From NCBI GenBank assembly GCA_016180425.1, contig JACPBF010000005.1:25034-89033 (forward strand): a stretch of DNA of 64,000 bases, given 5' to 3'. This DNA comes from Elusimicrobiota bacterium (GTDB taxonomy: Bacteria > Elusimicrobiota > Elusimicrobia > 2-02-FULL-39-32). The notes below the pieces were generated by a model, which was not told where the DNA came from, ran no database searches, and was given only the letters and a program-made list of their open reading frames with translations. Position numbers and translations under genes: made by a program. Shown here piece after piece: positions 35,604 to 44,246 of this stretch; within the stretch, counting starts at the first letter, position 1; each line of letters begins with the position of its first letter.

Positions 35604-36653
35604 TTAGGGGGCGCTATCGTGTTCGTCCTGAATATCGCCTACGATTCTTTCAATAATATCTTCTAGGGTAACAATCCCTTTTGTTTTTTTATTATCATCT
35701 TGCACTATTGCCATGTGCAGATGACGTTTTTGAAAGAGTTTAAGCAGATCTTTAGCTAAGGTGGATTCAGACACAAATAGAGCGGGTCGGACTAAGTCTT
35801 GTAAAACAATGATTTTTCCTAGAGTAAAGGCATAGATTAAATCTTTTATATGCAGGACTCCTACAATATGATCCAAATTTTCTTGATAAACCGGCAGTCT
35901 GGTAAAAGCTTCTCCAGCCACAGCATCCATTAAATGATCTGTATTGATTGTGATGTTGATGCCAGAAATTTTTTCTTTAGGGATCATTAAATCTTTAACT
36001 TTCACTTCCGCAAAATCAAATACTTTAGGAATCATCTGTTGTTCTGTTTGGTCAAAGATGCCTTGAGAGGCGCCCTCGCTGATCAAAAATCGGATCTCTT
36101 CTTCAGATACAAACATCTCTTTTGGAATTTCTTTTTGTCTTAAAAATCGTAAAATTAAGCGAGTGGAACTGGTAAGAATATGAACAAACGGTCTAGCTAT
36201 TTTGGATAATAATAAAATAGGTCGAGCTATGAATAAAGCCATCCCTTCCCTGTGGGTTAAAGCAAGTGATTTTGGCACCAGCTCCCCAAAGACTAAGGAC
36301 AAATAGGTAATGGTCATTGCAACCAGCATGAGGGCAATGGGTTCTGCCCAAAGACCAAACCATCCTAATTTTTCAATCTCGGGTTTTAGAAATTGAATAG
36401 CGGTAGCTCCGCCAAGGGTTGCTGCCAACACTCCAACCACTGTTACGCCAATTTGAACTGTGGCTAGAAAATCTTCTGGTTCCTTTAACCATTTGGAAAT
36501 AATGGAGGCAGCCTGTTTTCCATCTTTTGCCATTCTATGGAGGGCGCTTCTGCGGGAAGAGACTACAGCAATTTCTGAACCAGCAAAGAAGCCATTCAGT
36601 AAAATTAAGATGAGAATTAATACTAGTTCTACGCCAATGGCTTCAAATAACAT
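35604..36653 (-). CDS. DUF21 + CBS-pair (CNNM/HlyC-CorC family) membrane protein
   Basis: LLNGFFAGSEIAVVS in the N-terminal DUF21 region and a tandem CBS region (...VKDLMIP...LPVYQENLDHIVGVLHIKDL...). The CorC C-terminal domain is not evident. Confidence 0.8.
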   Translation of the reverse strand: MLFEAIGVELVLILILILLNGFFAGSEIAVVSSRRSALHRMAKDGKQAASIISKWLKEPEDFLATVQIGVTVVGVLAATLGGATAIQFLKPEIEKLGWFGLWAEPIALMLVAMTITYLSLVFGELVPKSLALTHREGMALFIARPILLLSKIARPFVHILTSSTRLILRFLRQKEIPKEMFVSEEEIRFLISEGASQGIFDQTEQQMIPKVFDFAEVKVKDLMIPKEKISGINITINTDHLMDAVAGEAFTRLPVYQENLDHIVGVLHIKDLIYAFTLGKIIVLQDLVRPALFVSESTLAKDLLKLFQKRHLHMAIVQDDNKKTKGIVTLEDIIERIVGDIQDEHDSAP

Positions 36654-36984
36654 TTTAGAATTTTACCATATATTTAAAATTGTATGAAACATTTAGGTTA
36701 ACCCAAATTCCGATATTGATTTTTGAATAAGCATTTTGAGCTGACAGTCACCCTTTTAAAAATCTGTCAGATAATTCCTAAGTTCTACACAATTAAAGAA
36801 CAGAATTAACAGCTATGAAAATAACGAAATAAATAAGGAATTTAGATTGCTAGAAAAGGAAGTTGGGTTAACCCAAGCAATTTGGAAAGAGAAAAAGTGG
36901 GTTTAAAGCCGAGAAGTATTATGCCATTTGAAAAATGGTTGAGTGCAAAATCGGAATAAAATGAACGTCTGGATAGAATCTCGG

Positions 36985-37260
36985 TTAAACTAATCTGACC
37001 ATCTGACGATAAACTTCATCATCATTTCTTTTTCCAATCAATATGATGTATAGAGTATCGCCCGCCGTTTCATAAATTATGCGGTATTCTCCTGAATCTA
37101 CTCTAAGAAAGTTACTGAGGACACCTTTTAAATGACTGTAATCCTGGGGTCTGGGATTTTCTTGAAGTGCTCGAATACACACGGCTAGTTGTTTCCCGTG
37201 TTTTGGCGGAAGTTTTTTAAGAAACTTAGATGCTTTTTTAGAAATATTAAGCTTAAGCAT
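36985..37260 (-). CDS. relE: type II toxin, RelE/ParE family
   Basis: LRVDSGEYRIIYETAGDTLYIILIGKRNDDEVY is a typical RelE-family C-terminus. 8-nt overlap with the upstream antitoxin. Confidence 0.8.
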   Translation of the reverse strand: MLKLNISKKASKFLKKLPPKHGKQLAVCIRALQENPRPQDYSHLKGVLSNFLRVDSGEYRIIYETAGDTLYIILIGKRNDDEVYRQMVRLV

Positions 37261-37501
37261 TCAATAGGTCTGTTAGCAGTTTTTCACTAGCTTTTGATCC
37301 AATAAATCCTGCTTTCTTGGCAGATTCTGCTTTTACAGCCAGAATCACATTTTCCATAGCTTCAAACCGCTCATAGTCACGACTTGATAATACGACAGCT
37401 ACTAACCGATTGTTTTTTGATATAGAAACCGGCTCATGCTGTACGGTATCGAGAAGCAGCCCAAATGAATCTTTAGCTTTTTTTGCCGCAAATGTTTGCA
37501 T
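37253..37501 (-). CDS. type II antitoxin, Phd/YefM family
   Basis: AKDSFGLLLDTVQHEPVSISKNNRLVAVVLSSRDYERFEAME matches the Phd/YefM N-terminal fold pattern. Confidence 0.8.
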   Translation of the reverse strand: MQTFAAKKAKDSFGLLLDTVQHEPVSISKNNRLVAVVLSSRDYERFEAMENVILAVKAESAKKAGFIGSKASEKLLTDLLNA

Positions 37502-37651
37502 TTTGGAACCTCCATAAAAAATAGCTTATATAGCTATTATAGCTCTAATATTCATATTTGTCTAGTCACCCATTTAAGACCCCCCTTTAAAAACAGACCC
37601 CTCTACCCAACCTAACTAAAATTTGAGATAATAGAACGGCATTATTACAAT

Positions 37652-37689
37652 GAGCCCGTAGCTCAGTTGGTAGAGCACTCGACTTTTAA
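37652..37689 (+). pseudogene. tRNA-Lys(UUU) 5' half only (truncated after the anticodon loop)
   Basis: GAGCCCG-TA-GCTC-AGTTGGTA-GAGC-A-CTCGA-CTTTTAA is a canonical 5' half. The expected TCGAG, T arm and CGGGCTC acceptor strand are absent downstream. Confidence 0.65.
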
Positions 37690-37878
37690 CCTACACGCGT
37701 TCCCTCGGATATCCCCATTCTTAGACGGTAGATGCTGCAAGTTGCAGCGTGTTATACCCCTGTTATACACCTAAAATAACACAACTTTTATCACGTTGGT
37801 ATCACGTTAGTTTTTACCCCCTTCTTGGATCAACCATAATCACCTGGCAGCCCTTACTGACTTAGATCAACCAGGTAC

Positions 37879-37998
37879 TTAGTGATAAATTCTGCGTAAT
37901 AGCTTAGCTTCTCCACGGGCAAGCGGATTTAAAATAGCCAAAACTAAAGTCCCAATGGCCAATATTTTTATAAAACTAACGCTATAACCGTTCAACAT
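37879..37998 (-). CDS. possible 39-aa hydrophobic small protein
   Basis: Own translation: MLNGYSVSFIKILAIGTLVLAILNPLARGEAKLLRRIYH, with GGGAGAG upstream. Below the track cutoff; support is weak. Confidence 0.2.
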   Translation of the reverse strand: MLNGYSVSFIKILAIGTLVLAILNPLARGEAKLLRRIYH

Positions 37999-38175
37999 TT
38001 CTTCTCTCCCATCTAAGACGTCCATAGAAATTGACTAAGTAATTGCTGAATAAATTCCTAAGAATTATTTTTTCATTTTACTAGTGATTTATCTTATATA
38101 TTAAGCATTTTAAGTAATATGTAATTTATGTAAATCATAGTTTACATAAATTATTTTTTATATTATGATTATATC

Positions 38176-39609
38176 ATGAATACAAAGGGCGGCTTTGCAG
38201 ATATTCAATTAGAAAATATTTTAATTCCTTACAATCCTTGGTGGAAAGATGGAATAGTAAAAACAGAACATTTCAAAAGACCTGTTTTTAACAAAATATA
38301 TAAAGATCTTCTTTCCTTAAAACAAATTATTTCTATTACAGGACCTCGAAGAGTAGGAAAAACTACTCTGTTACGACAAATCATTCAATCCTTAATTCAA
38401 GAAAAACAGATTCCTCCATCTGAAATAATTTATTTCTCTTTTGATGACCCTTTACTTGTTGATATTCATGTCCATGAACGATTCTTTGATGATTTGATGA
38501 AATGGGCTAATGTTAAACACAAAGATAAAATAGTTTACTTTTTCTTTGATGAAGTGCAGAAATTTGAACGCTGGGAACTTTACCTTAAAAAATATTATGA
38601 TCTGGGATTCCCTGTTCGTTTTATAATATCTGGATCAGCCTCATCTCCCATATTCCGAAAAAGCAGAGAAAGTCTATTGGGTAGAATAAAAGATAACCAT
38701 CTTTTACCTTTTTCCTTTAAAGAATTTGTCTATTTTAATAAAGCTAACGATCCTGAAGTATTAGACTTTGTGAACAGAACAAATGATTTTGGTTATAAAC
38801 TTCAAAGGGAAATAGTTGTAGATTGGTTGGGATTCAAGAATGATCTATTACACATTTCAAATCATGTGATTGAAGAACTTCAGTGCTTATTAGACAATTA
38901 TTTTGTCGAGGGAGGATTCCCAGAGACTTGGGAAATAAAAGATATTGTTTCTAAACAGGAATATCTCTTTGATAATCAGGTCCAAAAGGTTATTTTTGAA
39001 GATCTGGTGATTGCCACGGAATTTAGAAAGCCAGAGAAAATAAAAAATTACTACTTATCGCTAATTGAACAACCTGGCCAAGAAATAAACGTTGAAAAAT
39101 CTTCCCAAAAAATTGGTGTTAGCAGAGCGATGCTGGAAAAATATCTCCCGTTATTGGAGATGACCGACCTTATTAAAACCTTGCCACGTTTTAGCAAACG
39201 ACCTCTTAAATATCGTAGAGGAAGTGTAAAATGCTATCTTGTTGATTTAGCTTTGCGTAACGCGATCTTGAAGTTAAATGAGTCTATCTTATCCGATGCG
39301 ATTATCCTGGGGCTTTATGCCGAAAATCTCGTATTTAACGCATTGCGTAAATTTGAGGGAGCTATTGAGTTAAGTTACTTCAAGGATGCGAGACGTGAGA
39401 TCGATTTTATTGTCCATTTAGGTGGTAAAAGATATTTACCTATTGAGGTTAAATATAGAGATAATATCGATGATATCGCGCCTATTAAATATTTTGTTCA
39501 AGAGTATGACCAGAATGTTGGGATTGTAGTGACAAAAAAATTCATTCAAAATCAAGAAGATAATCGTATTATTTTTATTCCTTTACCTATCTTCCTCCTT
39601 TTCTTCTAA
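38176..39609 (+). CDS. AAA+ ATPase with DUF4143-type C-terminal domain
   Basis: Walker A ITGPRRVGKTTLLRQI, Walker B YFFFDEVQ, and a C-terminal EIDFIV...PIEVKY restriction-endonuclease-like motif typical of this family. Confidence 0.8.
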   Translation: MNTKGGFADIQLENILIPYNPWWKDGIVKTEHFKRPVFNKIYKDLLSLKQIISITGPRRVGKTTLLRQIIQSLIQEKQIPPSEIIYFSFDDPLLVDIHVHERFFDDLMKWANVKHKDKIVYFFFDEVQKFERWELYLKKYYDLGFPVRFIISGSASSPIFRKSRESLLGRIKDNHLLPFSFKEFVYFNKANDPEVLDFVNRTNDFGYKLQREIVVDWLGFKNDLLHISNHVIEELQCLLDNYFVEGGFPETWEIKDIVSKQEYLFDNQVQKVIFEDLVIATEFRKPEKIKNYYLSLIEQPGQEINVEKSSQKIGVSRAMLEKYLPLLEMTDLIKTLPRFSKRPLKYRRGSVKCYLVDLALRNAILKLNESILSDAIILGLYAENLVFNALRKFEGAIELSYFKDARREIDFIVHLGGKRYLPIEVKYRDNIDDIAPIKYFVQEYDQNVGIVVTKKFIQNQEDNRIIFIPLPIFLLFF

Positions 39610-39771
39610 TTTTTTGGTTTGATACATCAAATTCGTTCAAAGATTGTTTCTGAAAGGCGCAACGAACTTATCGCTGATATGTTCCATCGTATTCATTTTG
39701 TTGAGCGTTGGGGCAGAGGGATTAAATTGATACTGGACAAAGAACCATGTTATGCAAGTGTTATGTTTTGA
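39610..39771 (+). pseudogene. C-terminal fragment of an AlbA_2/HATPase_c_4-type (RecG-like) putative regulator
   Basis: Own translation: ...SERRNELIADMFHRIHFVERWGRGIKLILDKEP..., with no start codon. The open frame begins right after the stop at 39607-39609. It overlaps the 3' end of the convergent ATPase gene. Confidence 0.45.
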
Positions 39772-42406
39772 AGTGGTGTTTTAAGACACGCTCTATGCGC
39801 AAAAGGAGGATCTCTTTAGAAACAGGTTTTTTAATGTAGTCTTCAACTCCCAACTCTAGGCCGGCCATTTCATCTGTAGGTCCCGATTTTCCTGTAAAAA
39901 ATATCACCGGAGTTTGAATTCCCATTTCATTTTTTAGACGCATGAGTTTCATGCCATCCAAATGGGGCATTTCAATGTCGGATAAAATAATATCAAACTT
40001 CCCTTTCTCTAAAAGATCCAACGCCTCCACCCCATCTACCGCAGATGTAACAGCATAGTCCCGGACCCTAAGTAACTGTTCCAAAATGGCTCGTGTGTCC
40101 GCATCATCATCCACAATAAGGATGGAGTGACGGGCAATGGGTTGACTCGCTTCCAAAAAGGCGGAGGAGCTTCCCATCTTTATTTTTAAATCTGAAGGCG
40201 GAACAGCAGATTTTGGAATGGGAGGTTTTTGAACGGTGGGCTCCGGAACAGACGGTTTCGAAACAAAAAGGTTAGGCGCGGGAACCTGTATGGGAGATAG
40301 ACTCTCCCCCTCAATACTGCGGTAATATTCCGATTCGTCTGCCAGAACATCCTCTATAATGTCTTCTGGAGCGATCTCGAGATTTTTTACTTTCTCTACG
40401 GCGTGCTGATCTATAGTAAAATCACCGCGCTCTTTGGCGTATTTACGAATCTCCGAGATGGGCGCGTCCTGACGAATTAGGGCGGAAATCTCCGGATAGA
40501 AACGAATTATCTCATAGATTCCTGTGCGCCCCGAGTACCCTGTATTCTCGCACCTAGGGCAACCAACGGGTCTGGCCACTTTAGTGGGAAGTTCTCGGGC
40601 AAAAGGGGCCATAAGCCGAGACTCTTCATGAGTTAACGCAGAAAATTTCTTACAGTTATCACAAAGCTTCTTAACCAGAGTTTGAGCCACAATGCCCAAG
40701 ATGGTGTCTGCCATGGCGCTTCTTTGAATGCCTAATCTCTCCAAACGAAAAATGGCAGAAGTGGCGTTGCCCGTGTGCATGGTGGAAAGGGTTAAGTGGC
40801 CGGTACTTGCAAAGTCCAGTACGGTCTTTGCGGAAAACGAATCTCGTACCTCTCCTAAAAAGAGAATGTCTGGATCTTGTCGTACCGCACTTTTTAGAAG
40901 CGCTTCAAATGTAATTCCAGCTTTTTCGTTTACCTGCTGTTGTTTGGCGAGTGGGATTCTATACTCTACAGGATCTTCTACGGACATCAGGCTTCTTTTC
41001 TTGCAATCAATGTTGCTGAACAAACTATAAAGTGTCGTGGTCTTTCCAGTCCCCGTGGAACCTACAATGAGAACCAAACCCTGTCTCATATTGGAAAATT
41101 CAATCATATGCTTCGCTTGGAAAGGCGCCATTCCCAAATCTTCTAAACTTTTAGGACGGCTCCAAGGTTCGAGCAATCTCATCACAATACCTTCTCCATA
41201 GGGTGTTAAAGATGTGGCACAACGAATGGTGAGCGCTCTATTGGAGACGGTTACTTCAAAAGAACCGTCTTGCGGTTTCCTTTTTTCGGCAATGTCCATA
41301 TCGGCCATCGCCTTGTAGCGGGCAACCAACTTTGTATATTTACTATGATCCATCAGGAAAGCGTTGCGCATATCTCCATCCACACGAAACCGCACCACTA
41401 CATTCGACTCTCCCGGGTCTATATGGATATCGCTCGCCCTTTGAAGAACTGCCATATTAAGTACAAGAACGGAAAGTTTTGGGATCTCCACTCCAGAGAT
41501 ATCTTCTCCCTTAGAGATTCTAACCGCCATCTCTTGATCCGATTTATCCTGTCCACTCTCTTCTATTTTTAACAATGCCTCAATTGTGTCTGGTTCTGCA
41601 ATCAAAAACTTGGGATTTTTGGGTAGGGAAGGGTGTGTGCTTAAAAGCTCTATAACCTCTTCGTCAAATGGATTGCATAAGACAAAGACAGGATCGGTCT
41701 CCTTTCTCCAGCGTATCGCCAGAACTTTACTCTTTCGACAAAATATAATTGGCAGAATTTCTGGCAGGATTTCGTTGGGATCAATAATAGAGAGATACTC
41801 CAGTTCCAACGTTTTAGAAATCTGTTTGGCAACTTCTACTTTTGAAAAACCTAAACTAGATAAATGTGTGTAGAGATTCCGCGGGGACAAATCTTTGAGC
41901 TTTTTTTTCGCCTCTTCCGAAAGATCTGGATGATTTAAAAGAACCTCTTTATATTTAACAAAATTGCTGGAGTAGGCTGAGGGCTTTGCAGTTTCTTCTT
42001 GCTTCTTTAATTTCTCCCAAACTTTTCCAGTCTGGATATGTTTTTTTACAATATCGGATAGTTGTTTAAGATCAAACGTTTTAGAGAGATAGTCTACGGC
42101 GCCAACAGAAAATGCTTTCTGACGATTCACCTCAGTGTCTAAGGCGCTCAAAAAGATGACAGGCACATAGGCCATTTCCGGAGAAGATTTTATTTTTTCG
42201 CAGAGGGTATAGCCATCTATTTCTGGCATCATAATATCCGTAAAGATTAGGTTAGGAACCCGCCCGTCCAACACGCCTTGAATCTTGCTTACAAGATCGG
42301 CAGTCACAACCTCATACCCAGATTTTGTGAGATAGTGACTCACCAATGCTAAAACATTCTCATCGTCATCAATCGCTAAAATAAGAGGTTTGGAACTTTC
42401 GCTCAT
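39761..42406 (-). CDS. receiver - T2SSE_N - GspE/PilB-type secretion ATPase - receiver fusion protein
   Basis: N-terminal REC (ILAIDDDENV...FTDIMMPEIDG...FLSALD...YLSKTF). ATPase core (Walker A GSTGTGKTTT, DPDILFLGEVRD, GHLTLSTMHT, Zn motif CDNC...CPRC). C-terminal REC (ILIVDDDADT...LSDIEMPHLDG...FFTGKS...YIKKPV). Confidence 0.85.
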   Translation of the reverse strand: MSESSKPLILAIDDDENVLALVSHYLTKSGYEVVTADLVSKIQGVLDGRVPNLIFTDIMMPEIDGYTLCEKIKSSPEMAYVPVIFLSALDTEVNRQKAFSVGAVDYLSKTFDLKQLSDIVKKHIQTGKVWEKLKKQEETAKPSAYSSNFVKYKEVLLNHPDLSEEAKKKLKDLSPRNLYTHLSSLGFSKVEVAKQISKTLELEYLSIIDPNEILPEILPIIFCRKSKVLAIRWRKETDPVFVLCNPFDEEVIELLSTHPSLPKNPKFLIAEPDTIEALLKIEESGQDKSDQEMAVRISKGEDISGVEIPKLSVLVLNMAVLQRASDIHIDPGESNVVVRFRVDGDMRNAFLMDHSKYTKLVARYKAMADMDIAEKRKPQDGSFEVTVSNRALTIRCATSLTPYGEGIVMRLLEPWSRPKSLEDLGMAPFQAKHMIEFSNMRQGLVLIVGSTGTGKTTTLYSLFSNIDCKKRSLMSVEDPVEYRIPLAKQQQVNEKAGITFEALLKSAVRQDPDILFLGEVRDSFSAKTVLDFASTGHLTLSTMHTGNATSAIFRLERLGIQRSAMADTILGIVAQTLVKKLCDNCKKFSALTHEESRLMAPFARELPTKVARPVGCPRCENTGYSGRTGIYEIIRFYPEISALIRQDAPISEIRKYAKERGDFTIDQHAVEKVKNLEIAPEDIIEDVLADESEYYRSIEGESLSPIQVPAPNLFVSKPSVPEPTVQKPPIPKSAVPPSDLKIKMGSSSAFLEASQPIARHSILIVDDDADTRAILEQLLRVRDYAVTSAVDGVEALDLLEKGKFDIILSDIEMPHLDGMKLMRLKNEMGIQTPVIFFTGKSGPTDEMAGLELGVEDYIKKPVSKEILLLRIERVLKHHFKT

Positions 42407-42777
42407 TTTGATTTGTCGCCCTTTGGGGTTCCTCCTTGAGGACCCGCCACAATGGTTATGCCATCCATATAATCCCCCATTAAATTCAAAGTTCTACGGA
42501 TAGACTCCATATTTGTTTGGGCAATAGATTTCTCTAAAGAACGCGCATAATCACTTAAAGCGTCTACTCCATAAAGTTTTGCGCTTCCTTTCAACTTGTG
42601 AGCGCTCTGTTGAATCAATACCAGATCACCCGACTGCAAGAACTGTTTCATCTCTTGAATGTGTTGATTTGTATGATTAAGAAAAGCGGGAATCAGTTCA
42701 AAAATTTCTGGATCAACTTGAACAATGATTTTTTGTTGAGACCCCGAGTTTGGAGAAAAGGATTCAGTTCCCATCAT
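42403..42777 (-). CDS. Hpt (histidine phosphotransfer) domain protein
   Basis: QQSAHKLKGSAKLYG matches the Hpt HxxKG motif; 124 aa. 4-nt overlaps with both neighbours. Confidence 0.75.
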   Translation of the reverse strand: MMGTESFSPNSGSQQKIIVQVDPEIFELIPAFLNHTNQHIQEMKQFLQSGDLVLIQQSAHKLKGSAKLYGVDALSDYARSLEKSIAQTNMESIRRTLNLMGDYMDGITIVAGPQGGTPKGDKSK

Positions 42778-43160
42778 TTTCCAGCGCGCAGGTTCTTATC
42801 TATAATTTCAGGCAGTCCCTTTATCCCAGAACTTTTGGTTACATAATCCGCTGCTCCGACGGAAAAAGCCTTCGCCTTATCAACTTCGGACTCCAAAGAG
42901 CTAAAGAAAACAACTGGGATACTGGCTAGATTAGGTGTTTGTTTTAGCTGCGCGCAAAATGTGTACCCATCCATATCCGGCATCATAATGTCCAACAAAA
43001 TAAGATGTGCCAAATTTCCTTTGAGATGTTTCTGTACCTTGCTAGCCCTATCCACAGAAATCACTTTGTAGCCAGCTTGGGAAAGAATGTGTTCTACAAG
43101 GACTAAGATGCTTTTATCATCATCAATAATCAAGATGACTGGTTTTTTAATCTTATTCAT
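42774..43160 (-). CDS. single-domain response regulator (receiver)
   Basis: ILIIDDDKS, LILLDIMMPDMDG, VVFFSS and DYVTKS: all canonical receiver residues are present. Confidence 0.85.
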   Translation of the reverse strand: MNKIKKPVILIIDDDKSILVLVEHILSQAGYKVISVDRASKVQKHLKGNLAHLILLDIMMPDMDGYTFCAQLKQTPNLASIPVVFFSSLESEVDKAKAFSVGAADYVTKSSGIKGLPEIIDKNLRAGK

Positions 43161-43543
43161 ATGCCACTATTTTCCGTCTGAACCATAAATTTTTTAATTT
43201 TATTAGTAAATTCTTCCCCTTTAAACGGCATACTGATATAGCCTTTAGCTCCTGTTCTTATTGTAATTTTATGTAGAAACTCTTCCTCCTTGCCAGACAT
43301 AAATACAATGTTTAACCTCCTTGAGGAATTTTCTTCTGCCTTTAAAATCTTACACACCTCTTCTCCTTTTATATCCGGTAACTCACAATCCAACAGAATA
43401 AGTTGGTAGTATCCCAGTTTCGCTTTTCTAACTCCCTCCTCGCCGCTTTCCGCAATATCCACATAAAAACCTACAGATTCCAGCCTAAATTTTAACACAC
43501 TATTCGCATCAGAATTATCGTTAACAATTAATATTTTATCCAT
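43157..43543 (-). CDS. atypical single-domain receiver (acidic pocket N-D, conserved Lys replaced by Met)
   Basis: ILIVNDNSD, LILLDCELPDIKG and IVFMSG, with GYISMPF where receivers normally have K-P-F. Confidence 0.8.
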   Translation of the reverse strand: MDKILIVNDNSDANSVLKFRLESVGFYVDIAESGEEGVRKAKLGYYQLILLDCELPDIKGEEVCKILKAEENSSRRLNIVFMSGKEEEFLHKITIRTGAKGYISMPFKGEEFTNKIKKFMVQTENSGI

Positions 43544-43563
43544 CTTATAATTCTATTTAAACC

Positions 43564-43875
43564 CTAAGCGGAAAGGACGTGGGCGATTTTGTTGAGGAGC
43601 TCTGCGGGGTCAAAAGATTTAAGGATATAATCATCTGCGCCAAGCTCGCGCCGAACGCGCGAATTATCCTCTTGACCCTTGGCAGAAAGGACGATGACGC
43701 GGATCGATTGCGTTTCAGGCAAAGCTCTCAAGCGGGCAAGCATTGTTTCACCATCCATCTCAGGCATGGAAACGTCAAGGAGAATCAAGTCGGGTTTTTT
43801 TCGGCACGCCAACTCAAGTCTCTGAACACCATTAAAGGCCTCGATAGTTTCATAACCATTTGCCCGAAGATGGAG
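43564..43875 (-). pseudogene. 5'-truncated receiver domain (lacks beta1 and the acidic pocket)
   Basis: The frame opens just after a TGA at 43876-43878 with LHLRANGYETIEAFNG...PDLILLDVSMPEMDG...VLSAKG...YILKSF. There is no room for beta1/DD. The only in-frame start is a TTG at 43812. Confidence 0.5.
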
Positions 43876-44242
43876 TCAAAAGATTTTTAATCTCATTAAG
43901 AAGCGTTTGAACTTCAAACGGTTTAGGGATGAACCCATCCGCTACTACCCTTTTGTTTTCGCGGGTTAGTTCTTCATAGGCCATGGCGCTAAAGAGAACC
44001 ACTGGAATTTTTTCAAATTGCGCGTCGTTCTTAAGCAGTTCGCACACCTTCAATCCATTCATCTTGGGGAGCATGATGTCCAAAAGAATCAGGTCAGGCT
44101 TTTCTTTTCTTGCCATTTCCAGTCCCATTTCACCATCATAGGCCTTCAAAACCTCGTACCCATGCGCACGTAGCCTTACTTCCAGCGCAAGCACAAGATA
44201 AACTTCGTCATCTACAATGAGGATTCTATGTTTTTTCAACAA
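43850..44242 (-). CDS. single-domain response regulator (receiver)
   Basis: ILIVDDEVY, LILLDIMLPKMNG, VVLFSAM and FIPKPF. The track's upstream extension overlaps the kinase gene. A likely TTG start at 44242 or 44239 is preceded by GGCGGAAG. Confidence 0.8.
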   Translation of the reverse strand: MLKKHRILIVDDEVYLVLALEVRLRAHGYEVLKAYDGEMGLEMARKEKPDLILLDIMLPKMNGLKVCELLKNDAQFEKIPVVLFSAMAYEELTRENKRVVADGFIPKPFEVQTLLNEIKNLLTPSSGKWL

Positions 44243-44246
44243 TAAA

